28,338 bases of DNA from an uncultured Acidobacteriota bacterium (GTDB taxonomy: Bacteria; Acidobacteriota; UBA6911). This document shows positions 19,899-28,338 of this stretch, piece after piece. The notes under the pieces were generated by a model. The model saw only the letters and a program-made list of their open reading frames with translations, searched no databases and was not told the DNA's origin. Position 1 is the stretch's first letter. Each line of letters starts with the position of its first letter. Both the position numbers and the translations under genes were made by a program. Where the stretch lies: the NCBI GenBank assembly GCA_963827655.1, contig CAWHCF010000005.1, positions 1 through 28,338 of the forward strand, in the 5' to 3' direction.

Positions 19899-20666
19899 GT
19901 GCGCCTTAAAGCGCACATGATCAGAGAGGTGAAAGTCCTGTCCAGGTATACGCTCTTCGGCCTGAAACCGAATGCAACTGCGTCGCCGTGAGGCGGGGTG
20001 GGGAGCAGCAGGAGGTGAACGATCCATCCGTAGGATAACGAACTCGATTCGGCCGGTCTGTATCGGCGAGCCTGCTGGCGTAAGGCAAAACCTAGACCCG
20101 CAAAAGCGGGAGACTCGACGAGCTGAGGGGTAGCGTGCGAAAGCGACGTTGGGGGACTGACTGGTGGTTGGAGACGGAGGGATCGGAAGATCAAGTGCGT
20201 GAATCAGGGAGACCTGCTCGTAGCAGGAGCCGGAGTTCATGCTCGGAAGAGCCGAAGAGCGGGCGGGCAGGAGTCAGAGCGCTCATAAGAGCGGGGAAGG
20301 GCCGTAATGGGCCTGGAGCAAAGGAGCGCAGGGAGGTGGATGCATGGATGCGTGATTGACAGAAGACAAACCGACGCTAGTGCCCAAGGGCTATGCGAGT
20401 CGGAGAGAGCGACGGGTTGAAACCCGTGGCCGGAACTGGCAGCGCACGTGAGATGCATGTAGACAGCCTTGGTCATCCGGGAAACTGCAAACCAATCGCG
20501 AAAGTTTTCAGTTACATCGCAGGTGTGGGATCCTGACCAACGCTTCTGAATGGCACGTCAACCCTCTTCGAGGTGAACCACCGACTGGAGAGCCTTGATC
20601 GCGGGAGATCCGCACGTCCGGTTTGGGGGAGGGGGGATGAACTCAATCGATCCTCTCTACCCCTAT
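19899..20666 (+). mobile_element. ORF-less group II intron (about 768 nt) with the intron-encoded RT deleted
   Basis: 5' GTGCGCC...GGTGAAAGTCC. Domain V-like GAGAGCC..GCGGGAGATCCGCACGTCCGGTT (about 20588-20624). Domain VI ends CTACCCCTAT at 20666. Domain IV holds only decayed IEP ends (TEDKPT..., PW...M*TAL, RQPSSR*). Confidence 0.85.
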
Positions 20667-20753
20667 CAGAACAATTTTTCACACCTTCTGACGGGCGGGG
20701 CTAGTCACTGACGGGCCTTCGGCCCAGGCGAGAACACTCGAACCCGCCAATCT

Positions 20754-23043
20754 CTAGTTGATCTCTACTAATCTGTGAACCGGATAACGTGATCGCATTG
20801 ATCGCAGCAGCTCCTTGAAATCCCGGTCGCCTTCCTTCGCTAGTTCTGCCCGTCTGGCGAGGGCCGGATCTGGCGCCGGCGCGGGAGGCACCGGAATGCT
20901 CGGGCGGTCCTGCCTTGCGGTCGCCTGCAACACCTTTGACAGATCATCGGCGGCGGCCACGCGCTCACCCAAATCGGGCGGGTGGGCGCTGAGGAAACGT
21001 CGGATGATGGTTTTGATGATTGAGGTGTGGTCAAACACCACATCCGTCACCTGTTTGGGTGCCACCCAGGGAGAAACGACGAACGCGGGCAACCGTACGC
21101 CGTAGCGGTCAATGGCCGACACGACAGGAGCTGCAGGCGGCGGCACGTGGTCGAAGAAGCCGCCGTGCTCGTCATAGGTAATCACCAGCAGCGTCTTGTT
21201 CCAACGCGGGCCCTCCACCAGCGCCTTCACCACTGTCCCGATCAAGTGTTGTCCAGCTGCGATGTCCGCGGGCGGCTGGTCGTCGTTGCCGGGCGGAACG
21301 TTGATGAAGTCGGGGTCAATAAACGTCACCGATGGGAGCGTTCCGGCCCGCGCGCTGGCAACAAAGTTTGCGGCATCGTTGCCGGCGTCAAGGATATTCA
21401 CGTCGTCGTAGGTGTATCGCTCGAACACACGCAAAAAACAGTAGCCGTGCTCGTAGTAACGCCATGAGACGCCCTGGGCGGTGAGGTGGTCGAAGATGGT
21501 TTTAGTCTTGACCGGCTGGAAATTGCTGCCTTCGGGATTGTTGAATTCCCAGCCCCCATTCGCATCACGGTTGAGCCGGCCGGTCAGTGTGTAGAAACGG
21601 TTGGGGAAGGTCGGCCCCGGATGCGCGGCGAACCAGCGCTGGCAGATCAGGAACTCACGCGCCAAAACATCGTAAACCGGAACCTGGGCGGCATTGTAAT
21701 AGCCCATTACCTCGCCGGGATCTCTGCCAGCGGCTTCGGCGCGCGGCGCGAAGTCCGCCACAAAGCCATCCATCTTTCCCCCATTCACCTGATTTACGAC
21801 ACACTCGCGCTCGTGGCAGGGACTTTGAATGAACACCGTTCCGGGCAGCGGTAAAGAAGCGTAGTCGAGCCCCTTGTAAGGATTCTTCTCGCCGCCGCGC
21901 AACCCATCGATCTCGGCTCGCCCGCCGTGCTTGTTCAGGTAGCCGAGCATGTGGTCGAACGAACGGTTCTCCATCATCAGCACCACGATATGATCAATGT
22001 TGGCCAGTCGTCCCGGATCAAGAGGCGGCTGCGGGTTTTCGGGGAAAGGTTCAAGCTGGCCCAACGGCAAGACGTAATCAATAATCAGCGCTTGATTGTC
22101 ACTTGCGACGCTCAGTCACGTGGAACTCGCCACCCACTAACCACGGGGTTACTATCTTCTTGAGGGCGTTGCTGTCCTCTGGCTTCTCCGGGTCTCCTTT
22201 CAGAGCCTCAGCTATCTTTGCATCTACAGTGCCCTCGATCCTGCGCGCAACCCAACCGTCAGGCAGCACATCAACATTCACCGACGCGTCTGTGTTGATA
22301 AATTCTTTTAGCAGTTTCTTCCTGAGCGCCTGCTTGGCCGCATCCAACAGCGGTCCTGCGGCCTCAAACATCTTCTCTCTGAATTTTACCTTGACGATCA
22401 CTGAGTTAGGGAGTTGCAATACCTCTACATTGTTTATCGCCGCGTCCACTTCGTCCATCCAGCCCACCAGGTCAACGGCGCCGTCTCTACTGCTAAACTC
22501 CATCTTCAGCCTGATATTGAGTCCGTCGAAGTCAACGTTGGGGTATTGTTCCAGTTTGAGTTCCTCTCCCTCCGTCTCGAAATAGACCCGTACCTCGATG
22601 CCCAGCGGTTGTGCCCGAATGACATTCACTGTGAACCGGTTGGTGTTCAGGTCATTGAAGCGGTAGCTGGTATTGGGGAGAGGGGCTTGCACATCGATCC
22701 ATAGATTGTCGAATTTCCTGGGATCGATGAAGGGCCTCCACCCCTTAACCGGATCATCGAAAGATACGGCGAGCTCGCCCTTACCCCACTCAGTGCCGTG
22801 GAGGCGTAATTTGAACAGCGGCTTTTCCCGGTTGTTGAAAAACTCATCAAACTTGCGCTGCAATAAATCAAGCGGGATAACCTTCCTGAGGATTCGGCCC
22901 GGCGGAAGCGCGCCGACGAACTTGCGCAGCGAGAGCGGGTACGACCACTTCGGGAACGGCAAATTGTGCTGGCGCACCACCTGTTTGATGCTGATTGATT
23001 GTCCTGCTGCGTGCAGGGCCTCACGGACGCTTTTGCTTGTCAT
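20754..23043 (-). CDS. Phospholipase C / phosphoesterase family protein with a long unknown N-terminal domain; frameshift near 22105
   Basis: HIVVLMMENRSFDHMLG, GPTFPNR, LPSVTFIDP and ITYDEHGGFFDHVPPP. ATG at 23043 follows GAAGGGAG. Shifting frame near 22105 joins GGEFHV to SVASDNQALIIDYVLPLG without a stop. Confidence 0.85.
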
Positions 23044-23071
23044 AACGATTCTCCCTTCGTCCAGGAATGGT

Positions 23072-24154
23072 TTACTGCAGGGCGATAAGTACGGGAATAA
23101 GCCCCTGGCCACCCTTCAGAGGTCTTAGCGCTTTCCCGATCACCGATCCAAACGCCCGCGCCGCATCATCCGCTCTCATGGCGTGCCCCGGCGTCGGCGA
23201 GGTCGTCAGTAGATCGCCGATCCCGATTGCTCCAAAGCTCGCATCGGTCTTGCAGTACACCTTGCCAAGCAGCGCAATCGGCTGGCGGTTGTGCGTGGAT
23301 GATTGCTTATCCAGCACGATCCCAGGCTTGTAATCGCCCGCGCCGGAGACCACGCCGGCAACGCGCTTGTCGTAAGCGTTTTGACTTTGGTGCAATCTCC
23401 CATCTTCACCCAGCACCATCACCGTTCCGGGTTCAATCTGCTCCGTTTCGCAGATGTCGAAATCTTCGGCGCAATCGGCGTTGAGCAGACGGATGTCGCC
23501 GGTAACCTCGACATCGCCCTCAAAGCGACCAGCAACTCGTCCTTTGCCATATATCCCTACTGCACCTGGACCAACCCCCTCGCCCATCACGCCGGCGCCA
23601 CCGGTTGGGCTTTCGCTTTTTCCATAGACACCCATCCATCCTTTACTCTCCCCAACTACGCCGGTACCGCCTGCGGTATTAGCGCCATAAACCCCAAATC
23701 CACCGGACGTACTTTCGCTGATTCCTATAACGCCACACCAGCTCTTGCCCTTTGCGAACACGCCATTGGCGCCCCCCTCGGCTTGGACACCATTCACCTG
23801 GCTATCAGCGTACACGCCAGCCCCGCCGCCGCTCTGGGCGTCGAAACTATTGACGCCAACCACTGGACCATACGGTTTGATGGTAGGTTCTTGGCCTTCG
23901 TCATAAACGACGATGGAAGAGACTCGATCATTCCAGGGCAGAGTGATGGCCGGGGTATTCGCCCGGATGTCTATGAATTCTCCGCGGAAAAGAGAGTGTT
24001 CGTAGAGCCTGGCCACCAAAGCGTTAGGCACTTTGATGGAGCTGAGAGTGTCATTCCCGATGGAGATTTGACCGAGGGCGTTATCGTACTGCCCTTTGGG
24101 CAACACCTGAGAACGGCCTTCAAAATTTGCATGTTCGTAGATGGTTACTGGCAT
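23072..24154 (-). CDS. Beta/gamma-crystallin domain plus GVxG beta-helix repeats plus C-terminal intramolecular-chaperone-like (tail-fibre-like) domain
   Basis: VTIYEHANFEGRS...NDTLSSIKV and LYEH...NDRVSSIVV (crystallin). Repeated GVYA/GVFA/GVIG/GVYG/GVVG. ADCAEDF...PGTVMV...VAGVVSGAG..KPG...IALLGKV...GDLLTTS...VIGKAL. CAGGAG RBS. Confidence 0.75.
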   Translation of the reverse strand: MPVTIYEHANFEGRSQVLPKGQYDNALGQISIGNDTLSSIKVPNALVARLYEHSLFRGEFIDIRANTPAITLPWNDRVSSIVVYDEGQEPTIKPYGPVVGVNSFDAQSGGGAGVYADSQVNGVQAEGGANGVFAKGKSWCGVIGISESTSGGFGVYGANTAGGTGVVGESKGWMGVYGKSESPTGGAGVMGEGVGPGAVGIYGKGRVAGRFEGDVEVTGDIRLLNADCAEDFDICETEQIEPGTVMVLGEDGRLHQSQNAYDKRVAGVVSGAGDYKPGIVLDKQSSTHNRQPIALLGKVYCKTDASFGAIGIGDLLTTSPTPGHAMRADDAARAFGSVIGKALRPLKGGQGLIPVLIALQ

Positions 24155-24443
24155 GTTTCATCTCCTGATTAATTGAACTGGCAGTTTGTTTGTTATGACG
24201 GGGCGAAGCTGGACTACAGCCGCCCCGTGCTCCTGAATCCACTCTTGGTTCTTCGCCTCGGTTTGCTACCTCTCACGCCACAACACGTCCACGCCCGTTC
24301 AGCGACGGCTCGATTTTGAAGCAGCTGCGAGCCGTTTTCGCGGAGGGCAAGCTTATCGTCGCAAGTCCTGGTCAGATTTTCGGTCAAGATCACTTTCAAC
24401 CTCGGCGGCGGATTTTTTGTTTCATTTTCCGCTTCGTCTTATA

Positions 24444-24472
24444 AAGCGACAGTCCGGTGAGAAAACCACCAC
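24444..24472 (-). promoter_or_regulatory. Weak candidate ECF-type promoter for the crystallin/fibre-PLC operon
   Basis: GTGGTGGTTTTCTCACCGGACTGTCGCTT keeps the TG, TTCxC and TCRCT positions of the 29-bp motif, with lower identity. Confidence 0.25.
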
Positions 24473-24565
24473 AAGAAAAACTTCTTTTGCGCCCTGCCAA
24501 ATACGACCAGCTCTAAGGACGATGATCTGTTGTCGAAGCGCGAGGCTCTCGAGTCGGCGAGCTCG

Positions 24566-26743
24566 TCACGACCTGGGAACAACCCGTGAGGTTACTGGCT
24601 CGCGGCGATGGATCGAGCCCCGCCGGTTCCGCCAAATCCCGGCCACCCGCGGGCGAGCACCAGGGCTGTCGTCGGATCCAATCCTTGCCGCGGCGCGAGC
24701 GATGTTGCGGGATAGATAGCGCAGTCGGAGGTTTTCGGGGTCGGCGTCCAGTAGCGCTTTCGTGAGCGTGCGGGCTTCTTCAAAAATTCTGCGGGCGCGA
24801 GCCGTATCGCCGGATTGCCCGACGGTCCACGCGAGTTGCAGCTTGAGCCGCGCCAGTTGCTGGCGGTCTCCAAACCTTTCCGGGTCGTGCACAAGACGCT
24901 TCTCGAGATCGCTTACCTCCTGCAGGAGCATGGACGCGCGCTTGTCGAAAGCGATGGATTCTGTGCCCTGGTAACAAACGGTTTGCAGACGGGGAGTGGC
25001 GAGGTCAAGCGAGTTCGCTTCCCGGCAATAGGTTTCGGCCTGGCCGGTGTTGCCCGCCCTTCGCTCGAACGATGCCAGGTCGAGCAGCATGCGAAGTTGC
25101 ATGCTCTTGCCAAGGGAGCGCGACTGCTCGAGCCCGCGCACAAGAAAATCGCGCCCGCCCGCGACGTCTCCGGCCCGCGCGCGCTGGTGCGCGGCCGCAG
25201 AGAGCGCGTGCAGGAAGTGAGGCTTTCTTGCTACGGCGTTGCGAGCCGGCGCCGGCAGCGTATCGGTCAGTTCGATTGCCTCGACAGCGTATTCCCCTGC
25301 CATCCTCATTTGGCCGCGGCGGACTTGCAGATGCGCCGCATACAGTAGACTCTCGCCCAGCTCGGCGCGTGCCGCCGGTGTATCGCCGGCGGCACGATAC
25401 CGGCGGGCGTATTCGATGGACCGCCGGATGCTTTCGATGCTCTGAGGCGTCTGGCCGCGAATGGCTTGAGTGTAGCTGAGGCGGCGCCAGGCCCTCGTCA
25501 GCTCCGCCAGCGGCGGCGAATTCATCCCTTCCATCTGAGCGATTGCGTCGTGGATACCTGCGGCAAGGGCGGCCCGCTGGGTGGATTCGGGACTCTGTGC
25601 GGCCGGCTGATCGCGGAGCAGGTGGGCGATCACGGATTTGTGCTGGCTCGCATAGTGATCGGCGCGGCGGGCGTCGTGGCGCGACAGAAGCCAGCCGATG
25701 AGAAGCGACAGGACCGCCACACTCGATAGAGCGCAGGCGATTCGGTTACGCCGAAGGAACTTCGAAATAACATACCAGACGGACGCAGCACGGGCGCGCA
25801 CAGGAAAGTGGTGGAGATAGCGCTGAACGTCGTCGGCGATTTCGCCCGGCGTCTGGTACCGGTTCGAGGGTGAAGGCGAGAGACACCGGTCGCGAATGGC
25901 GCAAACATCGGCCGGTGGCGTCGTATGCGCGAGCATGTCGCGGAGGACGCAACCGAGCGAATAGACGTCGCCGGGCACGGAAGGTCCGAGCCCTGCCCTC
26001 TGTTCGGGGCTGGCATAACTCGGGGTCATGATCAGCCGCGAGAGCCCGGAGGCTTGGAGATCGCCAGGATCAATCAGGCGGGCCGTCCCGAAATCGAGCA
26101 GTTTGGGCGTGGCTTCCTGCTTGACCATCACGTTGGACGGTTTGATGTCGCCGTGAACTATGCCATTGGAATGCAGGTACCCGACGGCCTGGCAAATCCG
26201 GTTAAAGAGCTCCAGCATTTCGCCCAGTGACGAATGGGATTTCTCCAGGTACTGATCGAGCGGCTGACCATTGACGAACTCGATCGCAAGAAAAGAGTCG
26301 CCGCAAGCGTCGGCGCCGGCGTCGATCAAGCGCGCGATGTAAGGGTGATCGATTCCGCTCAGGATGTTGCGCTCCTGAATGAAGCGCTGGTGGAATACAC
26401 CTCTGTCGAAGCCGGCGCGGAGGATCTTGACGGCGGCGTGAAGTGTCACGCCATCCGCCTCGCACGAAGCCCGGTAAACCACGCCGAGCCCGCCTTCACC
26501 GATGCGCTCGATCAGCTTCCAGCGTCCGATGCGTTCGCCGGGTTGAGCGGCGAGACCGGCCAGAGGACGATCGAGGAAGGCGCCGGCCTGCGCGTCGGCG
26601 TCGAGCATCCGTCGGAGTTTGCCGTAAAGGATGGGCCGGCTATGGCATGTGCGATCGAGAAACGCCCCGCGGTCGGCCTCGGGAAGCGCGACGGCTTGCT
26701 GGAATAAATCATCGAGTTCACGCAGAGCGAGGCCGTCGTTCAT
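24566..26743 (-). CDS. Membrane Ser/Thr protein kinase with TPR-like extracytoplasmic region
   Basis: The ATG at 26743 overlaps the sigma stop (ATGA). LF..A..LP...R.AFL...C N-terminal domain, IGEGGLGVVY, HGDIKPSN, DFG, MTPSYASPE, a TM segment IACALSSVAVLSLLIGWLL and a helical Ala/Arg-rich tail. Confidence 0.9.
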   Translation of the reverse strand: MNDGLALRELDDLFQQAVALPEADRGAFLDRTCHSRPILYGKLRRMLDADAQAGAFLDRPLAGLAAQPGERIGRWKLIERIGEGGLGVVYRASCEADGVTLHAAVKILRAGFDRGVFHQRFIQERNILSGIDHPYIARLIDAGADACGDSFLAIEFVNGQPLDQYLEKSHSSLGEMLELFNRICQAVGYLHSNGIVHGDIKPSNVMVKQEATPKLLDFGTARLIDPGDLQASGLSRLIMTPSYASPEQRAGLGPSVPGDVYSLGCVLRDMLAHTTPPADVCAIRDRCLSPSPSNRYQTPGEIADDVQRYLHHFPVRARAASVWYVISKFLRRNRIACALSSVAVLSLLIGWLLSRHDARRADHYASQHKSVIAHLLRDQPAAQSPESTQRAALAAGIHDAIAQMEGMNSPPLAELTRAWRRLSYTQAIRGQTPQSIESIRRSIEYARRYRAAGDTPAARAELGESLLYAAHLQVRRGQMRMAGEYAVEAIELTDTLPAPARNAVARKPHFLHALSAAAHQRARAGDVAGGRDFLVRGLEQSRSLGKSMQLRMLLDLASFERRAGNTGQAETYCREANSLDLATPRLQTVCYQGTESIAFDKRASMLLQEVSDLEKRLVHDPERFGDRQQLARLKLQLAWTVGQSGDTARARRIFEEARTLTKALLDADPENLRLRYLSRNIARAAARIGSDDSPGARPRVAGIWRNRRGSIHRREPVTSRVVPRS

Positions 26744-27305
26744 GCTTCTTGCACCCCGGTGAGAGCTTCGAACAGCCAGGCGCGGCAGAATTGCCAATCG
26801 CGCTTCACGGTGATGAGTGAGACCTTCAGCCGCTCCGCAATCTCCGAGAATTCCAGGCCGCCAAAAAACCGCATTTCGACCACACTGGCTTTGCGTGGGT
26901 CCTCTTCAGCCAGGCGATCGAGCAGGCTGTCGATATCGAGGATCCGATTCAGATCGACGTCGACTGCATTGCCCGGAGTATCTTCCAGACCGACGCGAAG
27001 CCACGCCCCGTCCCGCTTCTGGGCCATTTTCGCGCGCAGGTAATCGATCATGAATTGACGCATGGCTCTGCTGGCGAGAGCCAGATAGTGCGTCGGGCTC
27101 TTCCACGGGTATCCGGAGAGACGGAGGTAAGCCTCGTGCACGAGCATCGTAGGTTGAAGTGTGGGTGAGGGGCGCATCGTCGCAGGTGGATGGCCGCGAT
27201 GCGGCGAAGCTCGCGATAAATGATCTGGAGCTCGTCAGGGGGAATAGGCTTGGAAGATGAGTTTATCAATGGACCTCCGAATGACTCGGACAGCAGACGA
27301 GCCAT
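26740..27305 (-). CDS. Second ECF sigma factor (TIGR02999/ECF43-like); frameshift near 27178; start uncertain (ATG 27305 or TTG 27269)
   Basis: IYRELRRIAAIHLR (ORF 27048-27344) joins PTLQPTMLVHEAYLRL, ASRAMRQ, VVEMRFFGGL and TVKRDW (ORF 26740-27177). Confidence 0.88.
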
Positions 27306-27315
27306 CACCGTGACA

Positions 27316-27344
27316 TAGTGAATCGCGCCGGCGAATCGTGTCAT
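27316..27344 (-). promoter_or_regulatory. Putative autoregulatory ECF promoter
   Basis: ATGACACGATTCGCCGGCGCGATTCACTA lies directly upstream of the sigma gene and matches 10533-10561 at 22/29. Confidence 0.55.
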
Positions 27345-27518
27345 TTGGGGAGGTTTTTTTCGAACCGGTAGAAGACGGGTCTATTGAGCGCGATTTTACG
27401 GATGCCAGCAGGAACACGCTGATCGATACCTGGGATACTAATGGTGGCATTGCGAACCTTGCCGGGGACTCGCCGGCCTCTGACTCCGCGTCGCGCAATA
27501 ACCCCGTTTTGTCCCTCC

Positions 27519-27590
27519 GAAAAAATTCAGCGAATGGCTCTCGATTGACCGGGAGCCCTGGTTATGGTGCGGGTCATCAGACCCGCGCAA
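27519..27590. repeat. Paralogue of the 19708-19741 motif followed by a REP-like hairpin
   Basis: GAAAAAATTCAGCGAATGGCTCTCGATTGACCGG (27519-27552) matches 19708-19741 at 31/34. It is followed by the hairpin GCGGGTC-ATCA-GACCCGC, with the same core as the intron-target hairpin. Confidence 0.7.
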
Positions 27591-27868
27591 TCTGCCGAGT
27601 ATTCATTAGGATCGGCGCAAGGGAATCGCAAGAAACGGGTACGAACGTACGATTGCGCTCGATCGCACGTGGAACCTCCCGACGGTTCCTGAGCCCGTTA
27701 CCAGAGCGCACGGGTTATCATGGCCCCTACCCGGTTGGTTAAACCACCGGCTAATGACCACTGTCCCGCCGGGACAGACCAGTTCTTTCACTCTTCGGCG
27801 GGGCTATTCACTGCAGGCCAATCTCCAAGCCCAGACCCTGAGCGTGCGCCTGCAGAAGCCGGGAAAAA

Positions 27869-28338
27869 CTACCTTCTCTCAATCTCGGTGACTCCAGAAC
27901 TGGCCATCTTCAGATAGGGATTCTGCAGCCAGGTTTGCGCTGCCAGACGCCCCTCCAGATAGAAGTCCAGAAAGGCGATCGCGGACGACTTGAGCCACGA
28001 TGCGAACGCCATGCAATCGGCCTGGGAAACGTTCTTCTCGGCGCACGCGCCGGTGTTGAGGGCGAAGATGGTGTGGAACGTATCGGAGTCCTTGATGTAC
28101 ATCATGTACTTGTCACCCGGGCGCATCCGGTCAAAGGCGATTCGGCGCAACATGGGAGTGTCTTCGCAGAGATCGCGAGCCGGGCCTTCGCAGTGGGCGT
28201 CTCCGTCGCCGGTTCCGATGAGCACGGGCCGCGTGATAGGATCCCACGAGGTTTGCGGCTGCTGAAAATCGGTTTCGAAGAAGCCGATATGACCCGGACC
28301 CTGGGGTGAGAATCCGAGAAAAACAATGGGCCGCGGGT
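27869..28338 (-). CDS. C-terminal part of a probable alpha/beta-hydrolase; start lies beyond the window
   Basis: Frame is open from the right edge: PRPIVFLGFSPQGPG...WDPITRPVLIGTGDGD...DKYMMYI...TFHTIF...AIAFLDFYL, a pattern consistent with the catalytic Asp and His. Confidence 0.65.
   Translation of the reverse strand, partial: PRPIVFLGFSPQGPGHIGFFETDFQQPQTSWDPITRPVLIGTGDGDAHCEGPARDLCEDTPMLRRIAFDRMRPGDKYMMYIKDSDTFHTIFALNTGACAEKNVSQADCMAFASWLKSSAIAFLDFYLEGRLAAQTWLQNPYLKMASSGVTEIERR

Larger units (their letters stand above)
19663..20725. mobile_element. Composite non-coding element bounded by about 54-bp imperfect inverted repeats (REP-like palindrome plus IS-end-like GAAG(C/G)TGTGAAAAA)
   Basis: 19663-19716 versus the reverse complement of 20673-20725. 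The outer 38 bp match at 28/38. The inner part is AGAAGCTGTGAAAAAATT versus AGAAGGTGTGAAAAATT. No clean target duplication found. Confidence 0.5.

Noticed and set aside
19848-20476. Small ORFs in the 19.8-20.5 kb region
   Set aside because: They lie within group II intron RNA domains and have no protein motifs beyond decayed IEP ends.
24197-24275. Cyclic di-GMP-I riboswitch upstream of the crystallin gene (GCAAACC...GCGAA plus hairpin)
   Set aside because: Lacks the GGGACGCAAAGCC receptor segment and P2 pairing; only a generic hairpin (ACGGGGCG...CGCCCCGT) is supported.

Overview
GC-rich bacterial DNA. The gene types (carboxypeptidase-regulatory-domain TonB receptors, ECF sigma/Ser-Thr kinase pairs) suggest Acidobacteriota, which is an inference. 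Many single-base frameshifts look like long-read consensus errors, so several ORF-track entries are fragments of single genes. 1-10.1 kb: a minus-strand uptake/periplasmic catabolism cluster with two TonB-dependent receptors, a Tat-signal UxuA-like dehydratase, a Cu-monooxygenase-like protein and a sulfite-oxidase-family molybdoenzyme. 10.2-28.3 kb: an accessory region. It contains a 298-bp MITE; a signal-less peptidoglycan-binding matrixin with three Cys/His repeats; a DUF4157 (eCIS-core) effector with duplicated PG-binding/HEXXH modules followed by a stand-alone M35-prodomain-like protein; and nitronate monooxygenase. It also has two ECF43-like sigma/kinase pairs, an ORF-less group II intron inserted in the foot of a REP-like hairpin, a signal-less phospholipase C and a crystallin/tail-fibre-like protein. 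The best candidate for an undescribed system is a kinase-activated ECF regulon driving a protease effector/prodomain-immunity cassette. The same 29-bp promoter-like motif lies upstream of sigma #2 and of the matrixin-DUF4157 cassette.
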